Part shown: in pieces, positions 30,522 to 40,288 of the stretch | Layout: every line of letters begins with the position of its first letter | Position numbering within the stretch: the first letter of the stretch is position 1 | Source of the DNA: an uncultured Bacteroides sp. | GTDB lineage: Bacteria > Bacillota > Clostridia > Christensenellales > CAG-917 | NCBI GenBank assembly: GCA_964644355.1 | Contig: CAZXUW010000004.1 | Coordinates: 17,838 to 81,837, forward strand | Reading direction: 5' to 3' | DNA length: 64,000 nucleotides | Made by a program: the position numbers and the translations under genes | Notes under the pieces: model-generated | Seen by the model: only the letters and a program-made list of their open reading frames with translations | The model's database searches: none | What the model was told of the DNA's origin: nothing

Positions 30522-31804
30522 ATTCCACCACCCACGACTCCAAAAAGTTTGGCAATTTCCTCATCAGAGGGAGTATAGTCTATTTCACAATTCACTCCCA
30601 ACTCTTTCAAAACGTCAAAGAAATTCGGGAAGCTTTTTTCAACCGCCTCTACACCGTCAATGCTTCCGCCAACGTGTGACAATAGCACGCTAAGAGCCAT
30701 AACGACACGGTGGTCATTGTGTCCGTAAAGTGCGGTATCCGTAGTTTTTATATCGCATTTGTGCACATAAACCTCATTTTCGCGCACATCGACATCAATC
30801 GACAGTTTTCCCATTTCCTCTGCCATAACGCTTGCTCTATCACTTTCTTTTATCTTCAAACGTCTTGTATTGACAAACTTCGCTCCGTTTTTGAGGGATG
30901 CGACAACAAATGCTATCGGTGCAAGATCCGGACAGTTTGCAAGGTCTATGACAGGCTCCCTTTCATTGAGTTTTTCAAAGATGTCTTTGCACACCTTGTC
31001 CCCTTGCAAAGAGTTGCAATCAAGTCCTTTAACGTCAACGCATCCACCCACCTCGTTGAGTGCAAGCAAGAATGCCGAATTGGACCAGTCGCCATCGACA
31101 AAGAACTCTCCTCCCTTGTAAGTTTGACCGCCTTTTATATAAAAACAGTTGCCTTCTCTTTGTATTTCAACGCCGAATTTTGCGAGCACGTTTATTGTCA
31201 TATCCACATAATTTTTGCTCTCGAACGGCTCCAAAACCTCAATTTGGCTGTCACAATCAAGAAGTGGCAGAGCAAACAACAATCCTGAAATATATTGACT
31301 GCTAACGTCACCTCTTAAGGTATATTTTCCACCTTTCAGCTTGCCCAATGCAACGATTGCCTCATCATAATAATCTATCGTGACACCATCTTGTTTCAAG
31401 ACTTCCTCATACACCTCGACGCCCCTTTCTATAAGACGTTTTTGGCACTCGAAAGCACCACCGCCAAAGAGTGCAAGTGCGATAGGAATCATAAATCTCA
31501 ACGTGCTTCCGCTCTCATAGCAAGGAAAAATCGGTTTGTTGTCATCATCAAATTTAGATTGTTTGTCGTTGATAGTTTCCCTTTTCTCGTTTATATTTAC
31601 GGTATCTCCTCTCCAATTCGTGGTCAGTCCCATTGCAAGTATACTATCCAGCGTAGCAATCATATCGTCACTTTCGCATATGCCGTGAATGACGCTCATG
31701 TCATTTGAAAGTGCCGATGAAATCATATAACGGTGTGCTTCGCTCTTGGATGGCGGTGCCGGGATGCTACCGTGTGCCGATGATGGAAAAAATGTTGCTT
31801 TCAT
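30518..31804 (-). CDS. aroA: EPSP synthase
   Basis: PPSKS, ESGSTLRF, SSQYISGLL, RLKIKESDR, DHRVVM, KSFP. Confidence 0.95.
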   Translation of the reverse strand: MKATFFPSSAHGSIPAPPSKSEAHRYMISSALSNDMSVIHGICESDDMIATLDSILAMGLTTNWRGDTVNINEKRETINDKQSKFDDDNKPIFPCYESGSTLRFMIPIALALFGGGAFECQKRLIERGVEVYEEVLKQDGVTIDYYDEAIVALGKLKGGKYTLRGDVSSQYISGLLFALPLLDCDSQIEVLEPFESKNYVDMTINVLAKFGVEIQREGNCFYIKGGQTYKGGEFFVDGDWSNSAFLLALNEVGGCVDVKGLDCNSLQGDKVCKDIFEKLNEREPVIDLANCPDLAPIAFVVASLKNGAKFVNTRRLKIKESDRASVMAEEMGKLSIDVDVRENEVYVHKCDIKTTDTALYGHNDHRVVMALSVLLSHVGGSIDGVEAVEKSFPNFFDVLKELGVNCEIDYTPSDEEIAKLFGVVGGGI

Positions 31805-31841
31805 ATTGTTTTTTTCTATTTATTTTGATTGTTTGTTTTTC

Positions 31842-32273
31842 TTATTTGTTTTGCAAGAGCGTATCTATTGCTTGTGTGTAAGACTCAAATCCTTTGCCCT
31901 CTATGGTTGCTATGGCAACGTCTCTGACATAGCTTATCTGTCTATACGCCTCTCTTTCGCTCACCTTGGAGATATGCACTTCAACGGTTGGTATGCACAC
32001 TCCTTTGATGGCATCGGCAATTGCAACCGAAGTGTGGGTGTAGCCGGCAGGATTTATCACAATGCCGTCCATCTTGTCAAAATAAGCTTGCTGAAGCTTG
32101 TCAATGATTGCTCCTTCGTGGTTTGATTGGAATATTTCAACCTCAACTCCCTTTCCCCTTGCATATTGCTCGATGAAAGCACAAAGGTCTTTGTAGGTCT
32201 GCTTGCCATAGATATTAGGCTCACGTATGCCCAGCATATTGATGTTTGGACCGTTGACAACCAATATTTTCAT
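31842..32273 (-). CDS. aroQ: Type II 3-dehydroquinate dehydratase
   Basis: NGPNINMLGIREPNIYG, QSNHEG, INPAGYTHTS, EVHIS. Confidence 0.95.
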   Translation of the reverse strand: MKILVVNGPNINMLGIREPNIYGKQTYKDLCAFIEQYARGKGVEVEIFQSNHEGAIIDKLQQAYFDKMDGIVINPAGYTHTSVAIADAIKGVCIPTVEVHISKVSEREAYRQISYVRDVAIATIEGKGFESYTQAIDTLLQNK

Positions 32274-33517
32274 AATTCCAACTCCTTTATTATGTCGTTT
32301 GCGACTTCATTTATCGGCTTGTTGCCGTCTATGCGAACGTCCGCTATATTGCAATATATATCATATCTTTGCTCAAAAAGCATTTCAAGGTGTTGTCTGT
32401 TTGAGGACAACGGACGAGAGTTTGTGGGGATAAGGTGGTCAATCGACCTATCCAAAAACACCATTACGCCATTGCGTTTGAGAGCATTTACGTTGTCCGC
32501 TCTCAACACGCTTCCTCCACCCGTTGCAACAACAAGTCCACTCTCTTTTGCCACGCCTTGAATGATACCACTCTCAATCTCTCTAAAACTCTGCTCGCTT
32601 TGCTCTGCAAAGAACTTTGCAATCGGCATTGCGATGCCTTTTTCAATCTCTATATCCGTATCCACAAATTCACGATTTAGAAGTTTGGCAAGAGCCTCAC
32701 CGACACTGCTTTTGCCGGAGGACGGCATACCCACAAGCACGATATTTTGCTTTTGTTTAAGCACGCTTGCATACGCCTTGTCTATGAGCGATTTATCCAC
32801 GCTCTCAACACTCTCACCAGCAAACAGCTTTGAGGCATACACCGCCTGTGCAGACAGCATATAAAGTCCGCCGATGGCTTTGACTCCACTCGCCTTTGCT
32901 TGCAAAATTAGGTTGGTGTTGAGCGGATGATACACCGCATCCAGCACCCCTTCAAGGCAACGGAACACGCTCAAATCTATGGGGCAACCCTCGTCGTTTG
33001 GATACATTCCAACAGGTGTTGCATTGAAGATAATTTGACAATCGCAATGCTCGCTTTGAGCCTCGTCGTAAGTGATAGAACCCTCACTTTTGCGTCTTGA
33101 CACCTTGAGAATTTCGCTTGCACCCATATCGTTGAACACCGCATACGCCGTGTTGGACGTACCTCCCGTACCCAAAATGAGCACCTTCTTTCCCTGCGGA
33201 TTTAGACAAATTTTGTCAAGCAATGCCACAATGCCGTAGTAGTCCGTGTTGTAGCCGTAAAGTTTGCCGTTTTTGTTGACGATTGTGTTGACCGCCCCTA
33301 TTTTTTTCGCCTCGTTTGAGACAACGTCAAGATAGTCAAACACCTTTTGCTTATAAGGAATTGTCACATTGATTGCCAAAAAATCACGCTTTGCAAAAAA
33401 CTCGTCAAGCTCGCAAGGCGACAAGGCTTTAAGCTCGTACACATAGTCGGCAATGGCTTTATGAATTTCGCAAGAATAGCTGTGCGAAAGTTTTTCCCCT
33501 ATAAGACCGTATTTCAT
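32270..33517 (-). CDS. aroE: Bifunctional shikimate dehydrogenase/shikimate kinase (AroE-AroK fusion)
   Basis: HSYS, NVTIPYK, GAVNT, NTD, GTGG, then GMPSSGKS, DTD, ATGGG, RPL; ATG 33517 overlaps aroC stop. Confidence 0.9.
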   Translation of the reverse strand: MKYGLIGEKLSHSYSCEIHKAIADYVYELKALSPCELDEFFAKRDFLAINVTIPYKQKVFDYLDVVSNEAKKIGAVNTIVNKNGKLYGYNTDYYGIVALLDKICLNPQGKKVLILGTGGTSNTAYAVFNDMGASEILKVSRRKSEGSITYDEAQSEHCDCQIIFNATPVGMYPNDEGCPIDLSVFRCLEGVLDAVYHPLNTNLILQAKASGVKAIGGLYMLSAQAVYASKLFAGESVESVDKSLIDKAYASVLKQKQNIVLVGMPSSGKSSVGEALAKLLNREFVDTDIEIEKGIAMPIAKFFAEQSEQSFREIESGIIQGVAKESGLVVATGGGSVLRADNVNALKRNGVMVFLDRSIDHLIPTNSRPLSSNRQHLEMLFEQRYDIYCNIADVRIDGNKPINEVANDIIKELEL

Positions 33518-34608
33518 TGTATACCTTTCACAAAAACGTCCGTGCCGTAACGCAAGGCAAGCATATCGCACACGCACAACGCACTCACTGCATCTATAAC
33601 CGGGCACACACGCCTGACGATAGAGGGATCGTGTCTGCCTTTGATTTGGATATCGGTCTCCTTGCCGTTGACAAAATCAACGGTGTGTTGCATTTGCCCG
33701 ATTGACGGTGTCGGCTTGATTGCACAGTTGAACAAAATTGCCTCACCGTTTGTTATGCCACCGTTTATACCGCCATTATTGTTGGTGCTTGTCACAACCT
33801 TTCCGTCTCTTATGGCAAAGGCATCGTTTGCCTCGCTTCCACGCATCTTGGCAAGCTCAAATCCCTTGCCAAACTCCACGCCCTTGACACCGCCTATTGC
33901 AAACAGTGCGTGGCTAAGCACCCCCTCAACACTGTCAAACATAGGCTCGCCAACGCCTTTGGGTACACCGATGATTGCTGTTTGCGTGATTCCGCCAACG
34001 CTGTCAAGCTCTGCTTTTGCCCCTTCAATACGCGCAATCATTTCATCGCCTTTTGCACTGTCGATTGTTGGGAAAATTGCACAATCAAGACTTAAAAGCT
34101 CGTTTTGTATGTCATAAAACTCTTTATCGCGCACGTTTGCACATTCAAGTATGTGTGTGCCGATCTCAACGCCCACACCTTTGAGAGCCTGTTTAAGGAT
34201 AGCACCCACGGCAACAATCCCTGCTGTCACTCTGCCGGAAAAATGTCCGCCACCTCTATAATCTTCAAAACCGTGATATTTGCAATTTGCCGTGAAATCT
34301 GCATGAGAGGGGCGAGCAATGCCATATTCATACGCCTTGCTGTTGGCATCCTCGTTGGGGACAAATATGCAAATTGGCGTGCCCGTCGTCTTGCCATTGA
34401 ACACACCGCTCAATATTTGAAAATTGTCTTTTTCATGTCTTGACGTATCAGTGCTTTGAGAGGGGGCTCTCTTTTTGAGCGCATTGATTATATCCGCCTC
34501 GTTGACGTCTATGCCTCCGCAAAGTCCGTCAAGCACCACGCCTACACCTGCTCCGTGGCTTTCGCCAAACACCGTGAGAGCAACGCTTTGTCCAAATGTG
34601 TTTTTCAT
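33514..34608 (-). CDS. aroC: Chorismate synthase
   Basis: FGESHG, TTGTP, RPSHAD, GGGHFSGR, GGITNG, KPTPS, GRHDP. Confidence 0.95.
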   Translation of the reverse strand: MKNTFGQSVALTVFGESHGAGVGVVLDGLCGGIDVNEADIINALKKRAPSQSTDTSRHEKDNFQILSGVFNGKTTGTPICIFVPNEDANSKAYEYGIARPSHADFTANCKYHGFEDYRGGGHFSGRVTAGIVAVGAILKQALKGVGVEIGTHILECANVRDKEFYDIQNELLSLDCAIFPTIDSAKGDEMIARIEGAKAELDSVGGITQTAIIGVPKGVGEPMFDSVEGVLSHALFAIGGVKGVEFGKGFELAKMRGSEANDAFAIRDGKVVTSTNNNGGINGGITNGEAILFNCAIKPTPSIGQMQHTVDFVNGKETDIQIKGRHDPSIVRRVCPVIDAVSALCVCDMLALRYGTDVFVKGIQ

Positions 34609-35606
34609 AATCTATCTCCCTTGAGAAGCTCGTCTATGCTCATAATCTCAAAACGGAAGCTTCCGATTTGGTCTACGACAACGGCACGGACGCCATCACT
34701 TGTTGCTTTTTTGTCGTGAGCAATGAGTGAATACAGTCTCTCTTTGTCACAATTTACCTCTGTCGGCAAGTCGTATTTTTTAAGAACGCAAGCAATCTCA
34801 TCTCTCACCTCTTTTGACGAGCAAGACAACATTCCTATGCCCACGCACTCACCGTGAAGAAGCTCTCCGTCCATTGCACTCTCAATCGCATGACCTACGG
34901 TATGCCCAAAGTTAAGCACCCTTCTCAACCCCTTTTCAAAGGTGTCTTTTTCAACGACGTCACGCTTGATTTCGAGGGATTTTTCTATGATAAATTGTAG
35001 ATTTTCCTGCAGATTTTCACTATTTTTTATGCACTCAAACAGCTCTTTTGAGGATGTTGCCCCCATCTTTATGCCCTCGACAAGCCCTGCGTGGAGTTGC
35101 CTTTTGTCAAGCGTTTTTAGGGTGTCAATATCTATGACAACCGCCTTTGGCTGATAAAAGGAACCAACGACGTTTTTCACACCGCAAAAGTCGATTGCAG
35201 TCTTTCCGCCGATAGATGAGTCTATCATTGCAAGCAGAGTTGTCGGGATATTGTAAAAATCCACTCCTCTCATATAGCATGAGGCAGAAAATGCGGATAT
35301 ATCCCCAACAACGCCACCGCCAACTGCAACGACACAATCTTCTCTGGTGAAATTGTTTTGAAGCATTGTTTGCAATATTGCCTTGAAGTTGTCAAAGCTC
35401 TTGCTCTCCTCTCCGCTTTTCAGGGTGATTAGAGTTGGCTGTTTTGACACATTCGCCACAGCTTGGGCATACTCTTTTGGCACGCCGTCATCAGTGATGA
35501 CAAGCACTTTTCTGTCAAGGTCGATAAGGCTTGCAATATTCTGCAATGCTCCGCTTGCTATCGTCACGTCATATGGATGATTTTGCACGTTGACTTTGAT
35601 GCTCAT
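34605..35606 (-). CDS. aroB: 3-dehydroquinate synthase
   Basis: GEESK, GGGVVGD, PTTLLAMIDSSIGGKT, LNFGHT.GHAIE, HGE. Confidence 0.95.
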   Translation of the reverse strand: MSIKVNVQNHPYDVTIASGALQNIASLIDLDRKVLVITDDGVPKEYAQAVANVSKQPTLITLKSGEESKSFDNFKAILQTMLQNNFTREDCVVAVGGGVVGDISAFSASCYMRGVDFYNIPTTLLAMIDSSIGGKTAIDFCGVKNVVGSFYQPKAVVIDIDTLKTLDKRQLHAGLVEGIKMGATSSKELFECIKNSENLQENLQFIIEKSLEIKRDVVEKDTFEKGLRRVLNFGHTVGHAIESAMDGELLHGECVGIGMLSCSSKEVRDEIACVLKKYDLPTEVNCDKERLYSLIAHDKKATSDGVRAVVVDQIGSFRFEIMSIDELLKGDRL

Positions 35607-35608
35607 AC

Positions 35609-36709
35609 TCACCTCACGTCCTCTGCAAAATAACTGCCTACAAGCTTGAGTTTTGCACAAAGTGCCGACAACTCTCTAAGCATATCCGAGCCGTTTTCCG
35701 TGTGGATATTGCCCTCCGCCTCGATGTAGAAATAATAGCACCACTGAAGCTCTTTCATGGGACGAGAACGCAATGAACGCATGTTGAATCCGTGGGCACC
35801 GATGATGTTGAGCGCACTTGCCAACGCACCCGATTCGTTCTGCACCGTGAATGCCAAAATGAAGTTTTCATCCTCTCGCTTGCTTTGCGACTTCGGCTCG
35901 TTCTGAAACCTTGAAAAAGATGCAAATCTCGTGGTGTTGTTGTGATTGTCGTTGACGTGTGCGGACAAAATTTGCAAGCCAAAAATATCCGCCGTGACGT
36001 CTGACGCTATTGCACACACACTCTTATCTCCCGCCTTTTTGACGTATTCGCTTGCAAGAGCGGTGTTTGAATAAGTTATCGTTTCAAAGCCGTGTGCCTT
36101 GATAAACTGCTCGCACTGTGCAAGGGCTTGCGGATGGCTCACAACCGTCTTGACGTCCTCAATTTGTGCTCCCTCAATGCCTAGCAAATTGTGCACAACG
36201 GGCACGTCCAACACTTGATTTATGCTCAACGGACCTGAAAACATCAAGTCCATAACCTCGCCGACCTCGCCCGCATAGCTGTTTTCAAGCGGAAGAACAG
36301 AACAGTCGCAATCACCCATCACGGTTGCCTCATAGGCATCTTGGAAGTTGGAAAACGCAACGTATTGAGCATCGGGGAACATCTTTTTTGATGCGATGTG
36401 TGCAAAAGCACCCTCTATACCGCAATATGCAACTCGCATTGACCGCATAAATCTTGATTGATATTTGCAAGAAACGTCTATTGTGGAGCGGATAAAATCC
36501 TCATAGTACGGCACCAATTCGCCGTCTTTGATATAGGCGGAATTTTTGGCAACAACCAGTGATTCTCTCTCTCCGTCACGAATGCTCAAACCGTTCTCTT
36601 TTTTGTAAAGAGCAATTTGTTTGCACGCCTGCATACGCTCCTCAAACAGCTGAGCCATCTGTGCGTCTATGCGATTGATGATTTCTCTTGATGTCTTGAT
36701 ATCTTGCAT
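35609..36709 (-). CDS. pheA: Chorismate mutase/prephenate dehydratase
   Basis: N-terminal CM_2 (INRID..R..K), PLENS, SHPQALAQC, NTTRF, ACT domain SRP; start ATG 36709. Confidence 0.9.
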   Translation of the reverse strand: MQDIKTSREIINRIDAQMAQLFEERMQACKQIALYKKENGLSIRDGERESLVVAKNSAYIKDGELVPYYEDFIRSTIDVSCKYQSRFMRSMRVAYCGIEGAFAHIASKKMFPDAQYVAFSNFQDAYEATVMGDCDCSVLPLENSYAGEVGEVMDLMFSGPLSINQVLDVPVVHNLLGIEGAQIEDVKTVVSHPQALAQCEQFIKAHGFETITYSNTALASEYVKKAGDKSVCAIASDVTADIFGLQILSAHVNDNHNNTTRFASFSRFQNEPKSQSKREDENFILAFTVQNESGALASALNIIGAHGFNMRSLRSRPMKELQWCYYFYIEAEGNIHTENGSDMLRELSALCAKLKLVGSYFAEDVR

Positions 36710-37069
36710 ATTTACCTCGTGTATGCTTACATTATAATCAAAATTGATTATAAATCCACATATTTTTTCACAAATCGTCCAATTTTGTATATATTTATTT
36801 ATATTTTCGTGAAAATCTAAGATTTTCAACGTATTTCCGCCTATTAAAAAAGCGATTCGCAAAGGAATCGCTCATTTTTGCCGGCATAGACAAAATGCTC
36901 AACTTCCTTTGCGGAGTGAGTGTGAGCCAAAATAAAAGTAAAAGTTGAATGAATATCTGCTCATTTTTGCCCTTTTGTCTAGTTGATAGTAAAACTATAA
37001 TCCCTCTTGCCAAGTTTGTCAAGAAAAAAAACTCACCGCAAAGATGAGCCTTTGAATTTTTATTGTCGT

Positions 37070-37430
37070 TGCATTCAGTCTTTCTTGGAAGAACGCAGAG
37101 GGCGTCGGAGATGGTCTTTTCCATTGCTCCTCTGCCGTATTTGTCAACTTCGGCTTCGTTCTTTTCACCGTGAGTGAGGCATCCCGCCCCCCCCATACAA
37201 CCTCCAACGCACGCCATACCTTCAATGAAGCCGGCATCAAGCAAATTCTTGTTCTTTTTGTGCAAGGCAAGTTTTTATTTTCCCATGCCGTCGCAAGCAC
37301 AAGCTTTGAGGTCAAAATCAATGTTTTGCTCCTTGACGGCTTGTTTCAAAGAATCGCTCAAGCCACCGCTACGTGTAAAAATTCCGCATAATAATACGTG
37401 TTGCCAACCACGTCTTCTTCAAGAGTGACA
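37070..37430 (-). pseudogene. Degraded C-terminal fragment of an [FeFe]-hydrogenase large subunit
   Basis: IFTRSGGL...ACDGMGK*KLAL...FIEGMACVGGCMGGAG (H-cluster L2-adjacent and L3 motifs); internal TAA, upstream frameshift, N-terminus missing. Confidence 0.8.
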
Positions 37431-37590
37431 AATTAGAGCTTTGGTGTGCAAAACCGATTGCTCTGCCTACGTAGAAGTTGATATTCGTAGCCTCCTCAAA
37501 AAGAAGCATCCGCAAATATTGACATTTTGAATGCTTGCACTCCCATTGATTGAGTGATATAATTTTTCAAAACAACCTAGGTGGTATATT

Positions 37591-38967
37591 ATGGAAAAAT
37601 ATTATCCCCAAATTATACAAACGATACAAAAAGCGGTGCAATTCAACACCGTGCTCGCTCCCGCCGTTGAGGGCGGTCCATTTGGACAGGGCAACAAAGA
37701 CTGTCTTGAATACGTGCTTTCCGTTGCCAAATCTTTGGGATTCAAAACGGTCAATCTCGACGGATATTGCGGTTACGCAGAAGTTGGTGAGGGTGATGAA
37801 ATCGTCGGAATAATCGGACATCTCGATGTCGTTCCCGAGGGCGATGGATGGAAATATCCGCCCTACAGCGGTGCCATTGCCGAAGATGCGATATGGGGCA
37901 GAGGAACAATAGACGACAAAGGCCCAATCATCATATCCCTGTTTGCCATCAAGGCACTTATGGACGAGGGGCACGTTTTCAACAAGCGTGTGCGTGTAAT
38001 ATTTGGATGCAATGAGGAGACAGGCTCCTTGTGTATGGAGCATTATCTCAAAGTTGACGAGCCGATCAGTTACGGCGTATCCCCCGATGCCAACTTCCCC
38101 GTCATTTTTGCAGAAAAAACAATCAACAGTATAGAGATCAACGGCACAAGTCAAGATTCACATGGAGCAAAACTCATCTCTCTTGATGGCGGAATAGTCA
38201 TCAACGCAGTGCCGGACGTGTGCAAAATGATTATTGATGCAAACGGCAAAAACGCACTTGACGTCTTGCAAGCCATAGAGCACAATCTCACTGCAAACAA
38301 GATTGCCTTTGACAGCTTTATTGATGGCAATTTGATAAACCTAACCGTGCATGGCAAGTCCGCTCACGGCTCCGTTCCGCAAGAGGGCATCAATGCCATA
38401 TCTTATGCAATACTCGCTCTTGACAACATTGTCGGCGGTGACTTTGTCAACTTCTACAACAGATATATTTCCACCTGTATTCACGGCGAAAAACTCGGTT
38501 GTTTCAAAGAGGATGAGTACGGAAAGATTGCCGTCAACGTCGGTCTTTGCCATTATGAAAACGGTGAGTTTTCCATCAAAATCAACTCTCGTCTACCTTT
38601 CAATTATGACTCAAAAACGATGTTTAACGATATACAATCCACACTTAAAGATGAGGATTGTGCAAAAGTCACACTTTTGAGTGACTCTCAAGGATTTATG
38701 GTTGACAAGCACTCACCAATGATTCAAATCCTCACAAAATCCTATCGTGACGTGACCGGTGACGCCACGGAGCCTATTTGCTGTGCAGGCGGAACTTACG
38801 CAAGAGAATTCAAAAATTGCGTGGCTTTCGGCCCCGAAATGGAAGGCTATGGAGAGATGATAATCCATCAACCCAACGAGCGTCTTTCCCTCAAAGCTCT
38901 GGATGCAATCGCAAGGATTTATCACAAAGCCTACCTTGACTTAATCACCAAAGTCAGCTTCACCTAA
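37591..38967 (+). CDS. pepV: M20 dipeptidase (PepV/Sapep family)
   Basis: GHLDVVP, GRGTIDDKGP, NEE, PDANFPV..EK, GKSAHGS, GGTYAR, HQPNE. Confidence 0.9.
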   Translation: MEKYYPQIIQTIQKAVQFNTVLAPAVEGGPFGQGNKDCLEYVLSVAKSLGFKTVNLDGYCGYAEVGEGDEIVGIIGHLDVVPEGDGWKYPPYSGAIAEDAIWGRGTIDDKGPIIISLFAIKALMDEGHVFNKRVRVIFGCNEETGSLCMEHYLKVDEPISYGVSPDANFPVIFAEKTINSIEINGTSQDSHGAKLISLDGGIVINAVPDVCKMIIDANGKNALDVLQAIEHNLTANKIAFDSFIDGNLINLTVHGKSAHGSVPQEGINAISYAILALDNIVGGDFVNFYNRYISTCIHGEKLGCFKEDEYGKIAVNVGLCHYENGEFSIKINSRLPFNYDSKTMFNDIQSTLKDEDCAKVTLLSDSQGFMVDKHSPMIQILTKSYRDVTGDATEPICCAGGTYAREFKNCVAFGPEMEGYGEMIIHQPNERLSLKALDAIARIYHKAYLDLITKVSFT

Positions 38968-39003
38968 TTGCATATCATTCACAAATACATCAACAAAACA
39001 CAC

Positions 39004-39033
39004 AAAAAAAGCACCGACTTCTCGGTGCTTTTT
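39004..39033. terminator. Bidirectional terminator closing pepV and the virion operon
   Basis: A7-GCACCGA-cttc-TCGGTGC-T5. Confidence 0.85.
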
Positions 39034-39103
39034 GGATAGATCAACCAATCACGTCTTAGGCACATATCATCCCGCAATTATTCATTATCACAATGTCTTT
39101 CAA

Positions 39104-40138
39104 TCAATAGTAACTGTTATTATTCCCCGAATATGCCTTGCTTCTGAGAGCCGTGAGCAGTTTGTTATAATAATTTCCCAAATAGTATTTCATATTTGGA
39201 GATGCCTTGAGTGCATCCACGGCAATATCCGGCGAGAGCGAGCTATAAAAGTCATAGGCGAGATTGTATCTTTCGCTATAATTTCGCTGTTTTTCTCCAC
39301 TATAGCCGTATTTGTTTTCATACGCAATCTGTTCTTCTTTTGCGTTTTTTTGTTTCTCCTCCCACTCTGCGATATACTTATCGATATTCTCCTGTCTAGT
39401 TCTCTCCGCCTTCTCGTTTTCCGCACGCACGCCGCTGTTGTACGTCTCATACTCTCTGATTTTCTCATCTCTTTCGTTTTTGAGATCGGCAATTTTCTTA
39501 TCCAGTTCGCTAGCGGAATTCAAATCCAATTCTCCAAGAGCCCTCTCTCTTTCCTTTGCCAAGTCGGCAAGCGAGTCGTCTATATTCGCAATCCTAGACA
39601 AATAGGTCTTTTCCACCTCACCGGCAGAGTCCAAATGTTCCTTGTCAAGTGCATCGATTCTATTTGTTGCCACACTGCTTCTTGCCATACCTCTACGCAA
39701 CGAATCGTTATTTGCCTTTTCTTTCAGCTCGGTATACAATTTGCTCAAATTCTCATAGCTATCGTCCAGCTTGCTTTTTGCATTCTGCTTATTGTCGTTG
39801 AGTGATGCCACCGCTTTTTCATATTGGCTTTCGATATTGCTTTTTGACGCTGTCTTGTTTGCCCCGATTTCTCTTTCGGCAATAGCCACGATATCCTCGT
39901 CACTATAGGGATTATATACGAGTTCAGCTCTCTTTTCCGCCTTTGGAAAAAGCGAATCCACGTCCGGTTTTTCCACCTTTTCCAGAGTATCGTTATACTG
40001 TTTTTCCAAGTCCGCAAGTTTATTTGCGACCTCTTTTTCGGCGTTCAAAACATCGTTGATTTTTTGTTGTCTTTCCTGTTCGATCTGATTGTCAGTCTTA
40101 AACAGGTTCTTAAATTCTTCCCACCATTCAGATGCCAT
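39104..40138 (-). CDS. Coiled-coil protein, possible internal virion/DNA ejection protein
   Basis: Helical, E/K-rich, SLRRGMARSS motif; last gene of operon; function inferred from position. Confidence 0.5.
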   Translation of the reverse strand: MASEWWEEFKNLFKTDNQIEQERQQKINDVLNAEKEVANKLADLEKQYNDTLEKVEKPDVDSLFPKAEKRAELVYNPYSDEDIVAIAEREIGANKTASKSNIESQYEKAVASLNDNKQNAKSKLDDSYENLSKLYTELKEKANNDSLRRGMARSSVATNRIDALDKEHLDSAGEVEKTYLSRIANIDDSLADLAKERERALGELDLNSASELDKKIADLKNERDEKIREYETYNSGVRAENEKAERTRQENIDKYIAEWEEKQKNAKEEQIAYENKYGYSGEKQRNYSERYNLAYDFYSSLSPDIAVDALKASPNMKYYLGNYYNKLLTALRSKAYSGNNNSYY

Positions 40139-40147
40139 AATATCTCC

Positions 40148-40288
40148 TTATACTTCACTGTTTTGCAAAGATTGCACACTACTCTCAAGCGTTGCAACCG
40201 ATTCTTTCAAAAGAGCGACGCTTTTTTCGAGGCTTGCAACCTTTATGATAAGTTCTTCAATAGAAGCCGTCATTTCGTTATTATTCAT
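40148..40288 (-). CDS. 46-aa heptad coiled-coil protein (not in ORF track), possible tail needle/plug
   Basis: MNNNEMTASIEELIIKVASLEKSVALLKESVATLESSVQSLQNSEV; ATGA overlap with upstream stop; SD GAGGGGAG. Confidence 0.7.
   Translation of the reverse strand: MNNNEMTASIEELIIKVASLEKSVALLKESVATLESSVQSLQNSEV

Noticed and set aside
32270-33517. AroE-AroK fusion as a novelty
   Set aside because: Common in Clostridia aro operons.
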